Assembly (NCBI RefSeq): GCF_006345805.1
Contig: NC_043001.1
Span: 35,588,001 to 35,652,000, forward strand
DNA from: Octopus sinensis
Taxonomy: Eukaryota
Reading direction: 5' to 3'
DNA length: 64,000 nucleotides
Below are positions 49,647 through 63,555 of this stretch, piece by piece. Under the pieces are notes generated by a model. It saw nothing but the letters and a program-made list of their open reading frames with translations, was not told where the DNA came from and searched no databases. Made by a program: the position numbers and the translations under genes. Every line of letters starts with the position of its first letter. The first letter of the stretch is position 1.

Positions 49647-50221
49647 GTAGTTGATATTATTTTTTTTTTTTACTTCACTTTATTTTTATTCCATATCATT
49701 TTCTAGTCTCATCCCATAGCGAAAGATAATTTCACAGAATGTTTAGTAAATATGTCAGAATTAAATTGACGCGAGGAATTCAAGAAAATTTGTGAAATTT
49801 TCCTTCATCAATCAGTTCATGGTTGTAAATGGACTGATTGGTGCCAAGATAGGCGCCGGCAGCCGTACGTCAACTTTGATAAATGCTATATTGCCTTGCA
49901 GGACTAATGAGACGTATCGAAAGAAAACTGAAATTGATTGATTGGTATTGCGTGGCACCGCTGTCCAAAGTCTCGATTTATTCTGACCAAACGCTGCTAT
50001 GTATGTATGTATGGATGTATGCAAGTATACTCTGTGTGTGTGTGTGTGTTTATGTGAACATGGGTGTGAATGTGTAGGTTTGCGTGTCTGGTGTGCGGTG
50101 AGTGATTTTGGAGGTGTCACTACATGTATTTAAGTATGCCTCACTTTATTACGTCGCACGCTCGTGTACCTGCGGCATATATATATATGTATGTATATGT
50201 ATATATATATGTATATCTATG

Positions 50222-50280
<59 letters not shown>

Positions 50281-50400
50281 CATACAAACATACATATATA
50301 TATATATATAATACATACATACATATATATATATACATACACATATAAATAAATATACATATGTATATATATACATACATATATATATATATATTATATA

Positions 50401-50450
<50 letters not shown>

Positions 50451-51885
50451 TGTGTTATACATATAAAATTATACATATACACACAGTTGATATACATATA
50501 TATTGTGTGTGTGTGTGTGTGCAAACTGCAGATGTTCGTGCATACGAGTCAATATATACGTGTATACGTGTTTATATATATGCAAGCATTTAAGTATGTA
50601 TATATATATATATGTATATATAGTGCTTACCCCGCCCCATCGCTAGTTAGTTTCTCGACCTCATCATCCTGGCAGAACGTTCTCTTTATTATTAAGTAGA
50701 CATGTGATGATAGATAGAACTGCACAGAGTTCTCTTTAAGCTGTTCCCCGAGTCGACAGATGATGTTGATTCACGCTCGACAATTAACGTATGATGACTT
50801 CAGTTCAATTGGTTTTTCATAAGAACAGACTGGCTGCATTTAAAACAGCCTAATTGGTTAGTGACTCAGATGTCAGGTAACATTGCCAAAGGTTGACACA
50901 GTCTACACTGCAACTTCACATTACAAGAGAAAACTCATTAACTTTCCCCTTCGTACACGATATAGTCAATTAAATTCCAAATTCAAAATTACTGATTTGA
51001 TTAACCTGTTCGCTAACATATGACTGCAATAGCGCCTCTTAATAACCTTAACAGCTACACATGATTCACTCGATTAAGAAGACTATGAGGCATGAATAAA
51101 CCGTTCACTGTGATTTTATTAAAAACAATTCAGTTCTCTATTGTTATTCACGTTCACTTCCATTATGAAATGTAGAAAAGTCCCTATTAATAAGGCCTTT
51201 CCCACCGTAATGTCATAGATGTGCTATAAGCGAAATTAACATGAAACCCTTGATAACTAACTTTTAGATTAATGCGTCATCTGACAAAAATAATTTAGCA
51301 CTGGTCGTCTTTTAAGCGAGGCTCTGTATGATAACCAGGTAGAATTCTTGAATTCTAATAAATGTGAAATATTTGTTAAACAGGAAATGTTTACCACGCG
51401 GTACCTTTCGGCCAATTAGGGTTCGTTAAATATTACATTTATCGTAGATATTAATGCAAGAGAGAGAGAGAGAAAATTTCATATTTTCAGATGACAATGA
51501 AAAATCCACTCTTTGTCATTAAAGTTATTGACTTCGAGATGTTTCTTTTATCTTCTTTTGATAATTAAAGGAAAATGATAAGAATTACTTTCTTCTTGAT
51601 AAAAGTTGATGATATTCATTGCTTTGCGAATATGAAAGTCATGTGATTGTTAACGTAACTTCGGTATATATAGCATGAATATGTTCAAGAATGTGGGGTT
51701 TATATGTGTGTGAGTGTATCCTTAAATAAAGAGAGAGAGAGATAGAGAGAGAGAGGGATAGAGAGGAGGAAGGGGGAAAACGAAATAGATAAAAAGGAGA
51801 CAAGATAGAAAACGATATCTTGCTGGACTAATTTGCTGATTTATTGCAAATATTGCAAGTAGTAAACACACGCACGCACACACAA

Positions 51886-51940
<55 letters not shown>

Positions 51941-51941
51941 A

Positions 51942-51986
<45 letters not shown>

Positions 51987-52113
51987 ATATATATATAATA
52001 TATATGTGTGTGGGTGTGTGTGTATATATATATATATATATACATATATATCTACATATATATATATCTATATATATATATATAATATATATTTTATAAG
52101 ATATTATATAAAA

Positions 52114-52435
52114 TATCACGTGACCAACCAGACTATCATCGCTGTCACAATGCGCTTCGCATTGTTTTAGCCTTCAAATGACGCCACCCCGCTGGCTAAG
52201 TGAGCAGGCCAACAGAAGAAAGAGAGGGGAGAAAGTTGGGGCGAAAGAGTACAAGAGGGATTGCCACCACACCCTGCAAGAGCCTCGTGGAGCTTTAGGT
52301 GTTTTCGCTCAATAAACCTCGCAACGCCCGGTCTGGGAATCGAAACCGCAGTCCCTCGCTCTAAATCACTGGGCCATTGCCCCTCCACACACACATATAT
52401 ATATGTGATATATTGTGATTACGCTTCCTATCTTT

Positions 52436-52475
<40 letters not shown>

Positions 52476-52869
52476 TATATATATATTAATATATCACGTG
52501 AACACCAGACTATCATCGTGGTCACAATGCGCTTCGCATTGTTTTAGCCTTCAAATGACGCCACCCCGCTGCTTAAGTGAGCAGGCCAACAGAAGAAAGA
52601 GAGGGGAGAAAGTTGGGGCGAAAGAGTACAAGAGGGATTGCCACCACACCCTGCAAGAGCTCGTGGAGCTTTAGGTGTTTTCGCTCAATAAACACTCGCA
52701 ACGCCGGTCTGGGAATCGAAACCGCAGTCCGTGCTCTAATAACTGGGCCATTGCCCCTCCACACACACATATATATAGTGATATTATTGTTGATTACGCT
52801 TCCTATCTTTACACACACACATATATATAATATATTATATATATATATATTATATATATATATATATCA
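52114..52869. repeat. Tandem duplication, 2 x ~377 bp, each copy containing a minus-strand SINE C derivative
   Basis: atatcacgtg...acc starts at 52114 and 52491; the copies differ mostly by small indels. Confidence 0.88.
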
Positions 52870-53544
52870 CGGTATAAAGAGTTATCAGCTATACTTCTTG
52901 AATCTGAAATAAAATTTAATTAAAGTATTTTGATTATTTATCCTATTTGGTTATACATCAATCTCGTTCAAATTAGTAATATTCGCGTTAGAACTCCGTA
53001 CATGATGTTGAGCTGTATTTCCTCCGTCTTTACGTTCCGAGTTCAGATCCACTTTGCCTCTCATCCTTTCGGAGGTCGATAAAATACGTACCAGTTGAAC
53101 ACTGGGGTCGACGTAATCAATTATCCCTGAAATTGTTAACCTTGTGCCGAAATCTGAAACCAATATTCACGTTTCTCACAGTTTGGCGTTCCACCGGCAT
53201 CTTGCTTTAAGAACCAGTTCTTGGTTATGGCATATCATGTTTAGGATTACTTTTGTCAATATATTCCTTCCTTTTAAGACAATAGGATGACATTTAGATG
53301 AAAATGTGTCTATTTCTGAAAAGTCTTTCAACAGCGCAAGGGAAAAATCATGCATATTCTCGACTGGTATACCACAAGTATCCGCCTTCTATCTCCCTCT
53401 TTAAGGCTCCCCCACCACGCACTATCACCCACGTTCTCATAAATAATACTCGCAGACTCATACAGAGCCTTATCAAACCCATGTTCTACCAACAACACCA
53501 GGAAATGTAAAAATATCACCAAACATTCTCGCTTAACACCATAA

Positions 53545-53779
53545 ATATACCTATTTCTTTACTACCCACAAGGGGCTAAACACAGAGGAGACAAACAAGG
53601 ACAGACAGATGGATTAAGTCGTTTATATCGACCCCAGTGCGTAACTGGTACTTAATTTATCGACCCCGAAAGGATGAAAGGCAAAGTCGACCTCGGCGGA
53701 ATTTGAACTCAGAACGTAACAGCAGACGAAATACCGCTAAGTATTTCGCCCAGCGTGCTAACGTTTCTGCCAGCTCGAC
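53545..53779 (-). mobile_element. SINE family B, full length
   Basis: Family match; a further B fragment lies on + at 53005-53165. Confidence 0.9.
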
Positions 53780-54163
53780 GCGTTAAGTATACCATATACA
53801 ATATAACACCATAAATATACCATACATAGATTTAACAACTAGTTATAGACAACGTTTTATTACTTGCCCACAACAAATGTAACAAAACCTTAAAAGAATC
53901 AGAAAACGGTTTACAAGCTTACTTAGAGCACTAGCAATAGCCACAACAACAAAAAACAAAAACGTACAAAGCTTTTTTAAAAGGCGAACAAAAATTACTA
54001 AGTAACTGTTGTACTTTAAGATCGTCTTAACGGGACCAAATCTCTCCATAACAAAATATACAAAATATAAGCTTACAATAAATTGCAAGTTATACAAATC
54101 AGTACGGTTTATATTATCACGAGTTGGTCACAGGTGACACAAGTTTACCACATAGGCAAATAA

Positions 54164-54403
54164 AAGTGGAAGTGGATTGGTAGCACAATTAAAAAAGAAA
54201 CACCAAATGTAGCGAAAAGTGCTTTACAGTGGAATCCGGATGGATATAATAAGAGAGGTAGGCCTAAGAACATGTGGTGGAGATCAAAACAAAAGGAACT
54301 AGAGAAAGGGGGACATTCATGGCAGAGTATAAGTACAGAAGCGAAAAATTATGTGACATGGAATTCAACTATAAGTGGCCTATACTCCGCGTTGGAGGGC
54401 TAA
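54164..54403 (+). mobile_element. RTE-clade LINE 3' coding end
   Basis: Open frame KWKWIGSTIKK...ALQWNPDG..KRGRPKNMWWR...SW......W...ISGLYS* resembles the RTE ORF C-terminus (W.WIGH.LR...W.P.GKR.RGRP..TW). Confidence 0.8.
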
Positions 54404-55108
54404 AGGCAGGAAAAAAATATCTAAAACCAGTTATCACCTAAACATTTAGAGTTCCATTTTTCCAGATTTCACTTCAGCAATAATTAAACATGTATTCACT
54501 TGACAAAACTCCAGAATAGTCTAAAAACATGCTCTCCACCATCTTTCTCTTTTTTCTCTCCCCCTCTCTCTATCTCTCTCATTTTCTCTCTCTCTCTCTC
54601 TCTCCTCTCTCTCTTTCTCACTCACTCTTTCAGCTTAAGCAATCGTTGTGCACATACATACCGAAATATAATAGCACAAAATTCCATAGCAGTCCTTAGC
54701 ATTATGTTGAATTACACACAACTATTAATAAATGTATAAGAGACTGTCGTACTCTGACCGTGAACACGCTCACTGCTTCCGCTGTAACTAGAACGAGAAT
54801 CTCCTTTCGGACAGAACTAGACTAAAGATTGTACTACACATCCTGGTTGCACCACTGACATCTATACGATTAATCACTGCATTTAAATTTTGTGGTATTG
54901 GCTTCAACTCGGCGAAGTCTTTGTGTATCTACAGCTCTGAATCAGAAGGTTAGTATGTCTGGGGCTGTTTGCCAGTAGATTAGTATGCCTGGAGTTGTGT
55001 ATCAGTAGAGTAGACCAGTTTTAATGTAGGGTACATAAAAAAAGGAAACAGTACCAATTTAAAACAGAGTGGGCATATTTGTCATTTTACGATTAATCAT
55101 AGCAACCA

Positions 55109-55445
55109 CATCATCATCATCATTGTTCGACCGTGGTCGAGACAATGGAATTTACCATGCTACGCCAGACTTCACGGTCCATCATGGCATTACGGAGGTC
55201 CTGTTGCTTGATGCCTGTATCCCTGGAGATTACATCAGGGTAGGAGAGTGTGCGCCCTCTGGTATTGCGAGTAGATGGCTTCCAGAGGAGAAGAGTAGAA
55301 ATTAACTCGTTTTCAGCTCTACAACTATGTCCAGCAAACTGGACTCTCCTACCTTTCACAAGAGATGACGCAGGTGGTAGTTTCCCATATATTTGCATTT
55401 TGGTTGGATGGCGCTTCCACAGAGAATGCGGTATGATCCCCACTC
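55109..55445 (-). mobile_element. RTE-like (RTE-X-like) LINE 3' end with (TGA)n tail
   Basis: IYGKLPP...RRVQFAGHSCR...LLLWKP...GR..SYPD.ISRDTG....L..AM.DR..WR. Confidence 0.8.
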
Positions 55446-56130
55446 AGGTGAAGGATTGTTATATCTAGAAATATAGATATTTGGACAGCCTTATCATTCA
55501 GCCACTACCTATACACCCTGTTATATTGCTATAAAGAAAAATACACTGTAAAACTTGGATGGACACTGAAGAAACGCTTCAGATCACCAGACGCTCACGA
55601 TTTAGACTAACCTTGTACTATAGTACACACACACACACGAAAAGCATGCGCGCGCACACACACACACACGCACTGATGCGCTCGCACACACATACGCTCG
55701 TACACACACGCTCGTACACACACGCTCGTACACACACGCGTACGCACACACACAAAAAACGCGCGCGCACACACACACATGTATGCATGCGCGCACACCC
55801 ACACGCATGCATGCGTACGCACACACACACGCACATATACACACGCTCGTACACACACACACGCACACGAACACACATAAACACACACACACACACACAC
55901 ACATATGTATGCATGTGTGTCTGAGCCTGTCACACTTTGTATTTGAGCTCCCTACGTTGCTTGACAACCGGCGTTGACCTGTGTACGTACCCGCAATTTA
56001 GCTGTTCAGCAAAAGGGTGGGGACAGTAGAATAAGTATGGGTGGAGTTGATTTGCTCGATTCTATACTTCGAGGTGATGACCGGCATAAGTGCTGCTCAC
56101 AACCGCAACAAGTAAAAGAGTAAATGAAAT

Positions 56131-56478
56131 GATGGTAAGTAGCTTGCTTACCAACCACGTGTCTTTTACTATAGCCTCAGGCCGACCAGAGCCTTGTGAG
56201 TGGATTTGGTAGACGGAAACTGAAAGAAGCCCGTCGTATATATGTATATGTATGTATGTGTGTGTATATGTTTGTGTCTCTGTTTGTCCCCAAACATCGC
56301 TTGACAACCGATACTGGTGTGTTTACGTTCCCGTAGCTTAGCGGTTCGGCAAAAAGCGACCGATAGAATAAGTACTATGCTTTCAAAGAATAAGTCCTGG
56401 GGGTCGATTTGATCGACTAAAGGTGGTGTTCCAGCATGGCCACAGTCAAATGACTGAAACAAGTAAAAGAGTAAAAAG
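56131..56478 (+). mobile_element. SINE family A with deletion in the head; older A 3' half at 55945-56125
   Basis: Family match. Confidence 0.8.
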
Positions 56479-57092
56479 AGAAAAGAATTTGAAATATATA
56501 TGAATGAATAAGAGAGAAAAGAAATAGAATGGCTAAGAGAGAGATGGTGGAGGGGAGAGATATAAGAAAGGAGAGACAGGGAAGGTGAGGTTGTGAGATA
56601 TCGGGAAAGGGGGTGGGTGGAATTCTTATATGTAAAAGAGATGAAGATGAACAATGGTGAGAATGAATAGAAAGATGACGAATTGAAAATGTATATATGT
56701 GTGTGAGCGAATGCGAAAGAATTTCATGGATAGTCAGTCTATTGATAAATAGGTGGGTTCATAGAAGAGATCAACAGTTGCAAATTGTAAGACATCGAAC
56801 GATTCGGTTCTTTGCCCTCCGTTTGAGACGGAGGAGTAGAGAGAGGAGGAATGTCGCTTGCTCAGGTTCTGGGCGAGTATATGAAGAATGAATTGAAGCG
56901 AACTAATGATGTAAGACTTCTGTTGAGAAGTGAGAAAGTAGTTGAGAAATAGAGAGAGAGAGAGATAGAGAGGGGGAGAGAGAGGATGAGAGGTATGAGA
57001 GGGCCAGAAATTTAGCGTACAAAGCGAATGTAGGAAGGCATAAACATATACAAGCATATATGTATATATATATGAACACACACTTACCCAGT

Positions 57093-57187
<95 letters not shown>

Positions 57188-58239
57188 CATATACATATAT
57201 ATATATATATTATATATATACATATATACATATATATATATATATACATACATATATATGTGTGTATATATATGTATATATTTGTATATATATATATGTA
57301 CATATATATGTGTGTGTATATGTATGTATGTGTGTATGTATGCATGTGAATACATTCACACGTACATGTGCAAATGCAGATAGCCATTGGTGTATACAGG
57401 AACAACGCCACAAAAGACGGGCTTTGCCTCTCCTCCTAACTGAAAACGAATCAGTAAGAAAGGCACCATTTATCATTGGCAGGGAAAGTAATTATTAAGT
57501 CTATTTATCATGAGAATGAAAGCCTTACAAACTAATCTGAGGAACTGTCTTTCTTTCTCTTGTTTCTTAACACATTAAACATCATTTATTAAATATCAAG
57601 TTTCCCATCAAGTTACCAGTTGAATTCTGCAATCGCAAAGATTTTAGTAAACAAAACTAAATAGAATTTGGAAATATGAGATAAACTCTGTTAATAATTG
57701 ATAAATGAATGTCTTGTGAAGCTGTTTGTTCGTGTGTCAAAATGCATATGCACAAATGAGTGTGAGTATATGTATAAGCACTTATGAATGTCTGTAGACT
57801 AGTATGAACGTACGTATGTGTTTATCATGCACGAATATTTGACTGGATTTATGTATGAATGCATGCATGTGTATATACGTTTGTCTACGCATGTAAGTAT
57901 ACATGTGTGTGTATGTGTATGTTCGTATATGCGTGTTTGGTTTACAAACATAAGGAAAGAATCTTAGCATAGAATGCAATCATTTATCGAGTGCTACAGT
58001 AACTCAAAGATCTAGAGATTCGTTACAATACTTTTGTCTCATATATTCAGAAAGAACTAAAAATGTGTGCAAAACTGATATCCCTATTTACCATAGGCAT
58101 CTTTCCAACAATGAAACCAATATCGATACGTAATCTAACTCTAGTATTTACCGTTCTATTAATTTAGAAGTAAAATAAATAGCCACCGATAAACTGGAAT
58201 AAACACCTAGAGAAATCGTATAATATCAATATAAAATCA

Positions 58240-58860
58240 AATATTACAATAAAATCATTATTAAGGAAGAACAAAAGGCAGTGGGAAATTTACAGAGAGA
58301 TTACTTGATAATAATTAAAGGAACTGGTAAACGAGGTGAGTAGTATAATAATGGATGAGACACTTTATATATTTACATTATTAAATAACATATCTTTCTC
58401 CCAAAAGAACTAGAAACGAACAAATTTCAAAGTAAATTAACGGAAAGGGATTTGGATTAACAATATAATTTCTAGGTAAAACAAGTAACTTTTTGGAATA
58501 CCGAAAATTCATAAATGAAAACTGCGTAGTATGTAAGATTAATCCTTGCATTAACTATAAAAGTAGAAACGTAAGGTACAGCTTACGGCGCATAAAAGGT
58601 GTTTGTAAGGACAGAAACATGACATACATTGGTGAGACCTCTAAGAGCATAGCGGAAAGGATAAATGACCAGTGGAGGGAATAAGATGACAAGAAATAGT
58701 ACTCCATACACTATCAACATGTCAAAGATCAACATGGAGGCATACTGAGCCGCTCTGACAGCTGCATTTCATCCAAGCATCCGAAGGACCCATCACTTTG
58801 ACAAATACAAGTGTACGTCCTCGTAAATGAAACATCCCCCGTACTAAATAAGAAATACAC
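58240..58860 (+). pseudogene. Penelope-like element remnant (RT fragments plus GIY-YIG endonuclease)
   Basis: C..C...C..YKSRNV.YSL....C.....YIGETSKSIAERIN; downstream QIQV.VLVNETSPVLNKK; upstream LIIIK.T.K.G resembles the PLE IIIKPADKG motif. Confidence 0.8.
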
Positions 58861-59815
58861 GTAGGAAGCTATGTATGTATACCCACAGAATATACATACA
58901 TAGTTATATTTGTAAATGGGCAGGTAGTAAGTAGGAGGATGGGGAGACAGGTTAGTAGGTAGACAGATAGGTAGGTAGATAGGTAGGTAGGTAGGTAGGT
59001 AGGTAGGTAGGTAGGTAGGTAGGTAAGTACATGTGTAGTACGGACAGATAAACACACAAACACACACACAAAAGGAGATAAAAACACATGACCATATATA
59101 CACGCATACTTCACACATATTCAGACACACAAAAACACATGTAGAGACACACATGCATACATAACACGAGCACGTACACACACAAATTCATACACATAGA
59201 TATACTTAAACATGCACATGCAAGGAAGCAGAGGTACACACACACATGCATACACAAACACGCAGATATGCACACACACACACACACACACACACATGAA
59301 TATGCAGGGTACATACATAATACATGCACACATACACACACATACACACAAACATACATATATACATACACAGGCACAAACGCATACTGGCACGCGCACA
59401 CATAATCACACATGCAACAAGATCTTGCATCAAAATCTCCCCACCAAAAAAGGAACGCAGCTTCAATAACGGATGATCAGAGTCAAAATCCATTGACACG
59501 GTCGTAAATATGGCGACGAAAAAGCTTTCTGGAATAGATAGAAGGAATAAATAAATGAGTGGAAATTGAACCCATGCCGCCAACACTTTTTTTCTGCAAA
59601 ATAGGATAGCTTATCCTGTTCAGACTATATTATTAGCATTATCCTGCTTTTAAGAATTTAAAATCACTTCTTTAACTTTCTAAGACATCTCAACGCTTCT
59701 AAAGCAAACTTCGTTTGTTTATTTACGTTCATCGTAATTTGAATTTAATGTATAAAAGCGTCTCATAAAGCGAGATTTCTATATATATTAAATTTGCAGA
59801 AGAATTTGTGGTGTG

Positions 59816-59894
59816 GGTGGTTTAGCTTAATGGTTCAGAGCACCGCGAAGCGTAAATAGGGAGGTATGAGTTCGTGTCCCACAGCCGGCCGCCA
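59816..59894 (+). mobile_element. Degenerate tRNA-like sequence (SINE head or tRNA pseudogene)
   Basis: Acceptor stem GGUGGUU/GGCCGCC-A, D stem GCUU/GAGC, A-box TAGCTTAATGG, B-box-like GAGTTCGTGTCC; anticodon and T stems are broken. Confidence 0.55.
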
Positions 59895-60850
59895 ACACTT
59901 TTTTCTGCAAAATAGGGGTAGCATATCCTGTTCAGGTTATATTATTAGCATTATCCTGCGTTTAAGAATTTAAAATCACTTCTTTAGATTCATTATTCTA
60001 AAAGTCTTTTATATGACATATTTCAAGAATCCAAAGCCATCAGATTTTAAATTGCACCGTCTCTGTGGTACTATATATTGAAATCACTATGCAAATTGGT
60101 TCCTAGTTTCCTCAAAAATGAAATGGACTTTCTATGTTAAATTGCCGAAGAAGTACGAGAAATCTTAATTTTGATGTGAACAGCCACTTTTATAGCAACA
60201 AATTTGATGTGATTTATAAAAGTAAATTTCCACATCTTGTCCGAGATTATATTTTGTCAGATTATATTTAAAAGTGATTTAAATAAAAATTGGCAAGTTT
60301 TTCTCCACGACTGTTTTCTATTTATTTTAAAATATATTTTGGAGTAACTCCCAAGATTTCAAAAATTAAATAATGACATTTACAAATCGATCATATTGAC
60401 AACAGAAATGAATGAAATTGAATTTCCATTTTTAGAAACCCAGCAGAGGATAATTAAGTTATTTCAACTGGTCTGTTTTGTCAAAAATCGGATGCACACC
60501 AATATTCAGACTTCAGATGTCTAAAGAAATATCCGGTCATATGACTAGGCATAGATATACAGTAAGTTATAGATTCAGCTATACTAGATTGATGATTAGA
60601 AGAACTTTAAACTTCATTTTAGAAATATAAGTATCTAGAAGACATAGTATAAAAAACTAAAAAGCAAGGCAAAATTTTAAATCCCACCAATTCCTAATTT
60701 TGTAAGAAACTTTAAAATGAAAAGGACACAGGTAGGAGTATATCGCTTGCAGCCAGAGAGGCTTCCAGAAATCAATATATATGGCAAACCGATATCCTGT
60801 AACGCTATTGCAGTTTTCAAATCTGTATGATATTAAAGAGTGACAGATTA

Positions 60851-60869
60851 CACTGTGTAACAAAATTTA

Positions 60870-60937
<68 letters not shown>

Positions 60938-61397
60938 TGTCTTTGACCAGTAAGTGTTATTTCCTATTTGTTTCTATCTAGAAATCATGGGAAATGACAA
61001 CTATTCCCTCCAAACTTCACTTTTGTAATCTGGACATCAATGTTTTGAAACTGACATATTCTCCATTACACTTCAGGCAGATTCAGCGCTGAGTTACTGA
61101 AGCAGAAATATCGTTATAGCAAATACTCTACTCAGTACCACAGATCTGCTAATCAGTTTCTTTACCTTAACCACTTGAGCTTGTCCCTTAGTGGATGACA
61201 ATATATACATCTCTGATCATGAGTAGGCGTAACGGAAGAACATCATAGCCATGTGTTATGAGACATTCTTTGGGATTTGAATAAATGTATCAAAAACGAA
61301 GTTTGAAGGAGATATTAGTCATTTTTCATATTTTCTAAGGGTAAGCAAATAAGGAATAACAGTCACTCGCCAAGGACAAAATTCGTGTTGCACAGTG
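60851..61397. mobile_element. Chapaev3-type terminal pair with TTA TSD, carrying (ATT)n and a diverged family D fragment
   Basis: tta|CACTGTGTAACAAAATTT ... AAATTCGTGTTGCACAGTG|tta. Confidence 0.6.
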
Positions 61398-61696
61398 TTA
61401 TTAGCAGTCAGAGACACGCATATAACATACGTCAAGAAAAGCATTTCTCTGTCACATCAAAGTTTGGATCTGAACTACAAGTTTCTTGACATGCAAAATC
61501 CGAAAATTACATCCATCTGTTACTACCAAGTCAAAATTTTAAGCTACCGGTTTCAAAGAATTTCATTTTTGTACTGTTATGTTTTTTTTAAAATAAAACA
61601 GCTAATTAGAAAGAGGGTTTAACGTACAAACATACATAGAAACTGGGTTTTCTTCATAACTAGAATGTTTTCTTAAAATTCTGATGAAAATCTAGT

Positions 61697-61901
61697 ATTC
61701 AATTCAATTCAATTGAATTTTTATTGGCTCAAAAAGCAAAAGCAAGGCCATGTAGGGGGACAGGGAGTTATGTACAGGGAGGGTGGTCATACAAAGAGTT
61801 CAGGCCTTTTCTGGTCAAGAGAGACTTTGAACCGAGCGGTCGTCGGTATCTTCACTATTTCGTCCGGCAGCTTATTCCACGGATTCGCAACCGTAAAAAT
61901 C
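61697..61901 (-). mobile_element. CR1-type LINE 3' end with (AATTG)n tail
   Basis: Minus-strand ...VANPWNKLPDEIVKIPTTARFKVSLD; AATAAA followed by a pentamer tail. Confidence 0.75.
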
Positions 61902-61949
61902 TTATAATTTCAACAGACTAATTACATCATTGCTTATGCCTAATTTCCC

Positions 61950-62870
61950 ATGAATTTGCACTTAAATGACTTCTTGGCGTTAAACTATAGGAAGATCATG
62001 AGCCAAATGCTAGCGATAATCCCATCTGGCTTAATATCTTTGTTTCCATTGATGCTGCTGCTTCAATATAATTCACTGAATTTACAAAGTTCCCATCTTT
62101 CTTCAGCTTTCTGATCTGAGGCCTATAAAATACTCCAGCTTTTATCTTTTTTACTGCTCAGACCAGCAAATGTGCTGCAGATATAGTGAAAGCATGACCT
62201 ATGTTTATCCAGAGCTTTAACAAACCTCTTCATTATCCCAAGTTTGATCGAAAATGTAGGTGGGATGTTTTTACTGCAATGAAACACTGAAACTAATGTT
62301 TATTGTGGCCACTTTTTAGAGCAGCCAATGATTTTACTCTGTCTTGGCTGAATATTTAGTGCATCCATTTTGTTGCCCCAGGAGAAAGCTGACCAACTTA
62401 AAGTCCATGCATATCACCCACTAATAATTCTGGTATCTAATTTTCGCTAGCACAGCTTTCCCGATTTCGTATTTCACTGCTAGTTTTGCAGAGTGATCAA
62501 TAAGAAGAGAAGCCAATATATTTCCTTTATGAAGCATAACACACTTCAAATTTATTTTTGAACTATCAATGAAAGGGCACCAATCACTTGCATAATATCT
62601 CGCTAATCCCATCCTCCGAAACAGTCCCTCAGAATTTGTGCAATAGAATAATTCATAATTTTCTGTAAAACAAAACGAAGAAATTCGGCATCCATAGTGT
62701 AATAGAAGGCGTCTTTATTTTTTTCTTCAAGAAGGCTTTTTTCTTTTAATTGAGACCCAAGAACTGCAGGTTCCTTTGATAAGTGAAATTCCCTTACCTA
62801 GTCACTGAGTTCATTTAGATCAAATAGCTGTGGATCTCACAAACTAGAGCGGATCATCTCTGGCATCTTC
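61950..62870 (-). pseudogene. Decayed DNA transposase, Chapaev3-type (CMC group)
   Basis: PQLF..NELSD.VR...LSKE...LGS.LKEK.LL; FIDSSK.NLK.VMLH.GN; W.IC.DFK...FLLGQQ.G.TKY; IKLGIMK.FVKAL..; IKAGVF..PQIR. Stops and frameshifts present. Superfamily label is from memory of the motifs. Confidence 0.8.
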
Positions 62871-63555
62871 TGGCTCGGTTGGTACTTACTGATCTTGTAA
62901 CTTGCGGAACTTTGTACTAAATTTCACCGGTAAAAAAGCATGTATTTTTCTCTAAAACCAAATAAGGAAAATTGTGAAAACTGGAGGGTTTGGGTGTCTT
63001 GAAACCTAGACGTGATGGTAAAAAATGGATACCATTTTTGGATTCAGCATATCAAGTGAAAACGTCCTGGCAATACTTGTTGGATTGTGTAGCCTTCAAA
63101 TTTTCTTGTCAAATGACAGATTTACATTGGAAGAAGAAATAATACATATAGCGAAATGTGAGTTCCTTCTTGAAGTAAGAGTGATTTTATTGAACGGGGT
63201 AAAGTTAAACAAATCAGCAATGAAAAAATGCAGAGCTAATGCCAATATGAAGTGCAAATCAAAGAACTTCATTTACTGCGTAACATATAATCAATGCATT
63301 ACCAAATATATCTTTCAAACAAGAACAAAATTAATGGTCTGAGACAAAGTTCTTTACACATAATGATGGATACATCTTTTATGAATAAAACATACGGTGA
63401 GTATTTTCATAATTGTTTTTTACTTGAATCTTCGAGCATATTGTTCCGCTGCAGAATATTTATCACAATGAATCTATGAACCATAGCGTTTATTTAGCGT
63501 ATGGTGGTACAACATGGATGTAGATTGCTTTTTTCTATAGTGGTTCCAATGCTCC

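Noticed and set aside
57388-57445. Possible exon [18 protein letters not shown] with donor gtaaga
   Set aside because: Poor polypyrimidine tract, short, no homology.
63025-63479. ORFs of 105 and 61 aa with gtgagt donors
   Set aside because: No recognisable protein; adjacent to a decayed transposon; 63542 rejected as the Chapaev terminus because its flank is not TTA.
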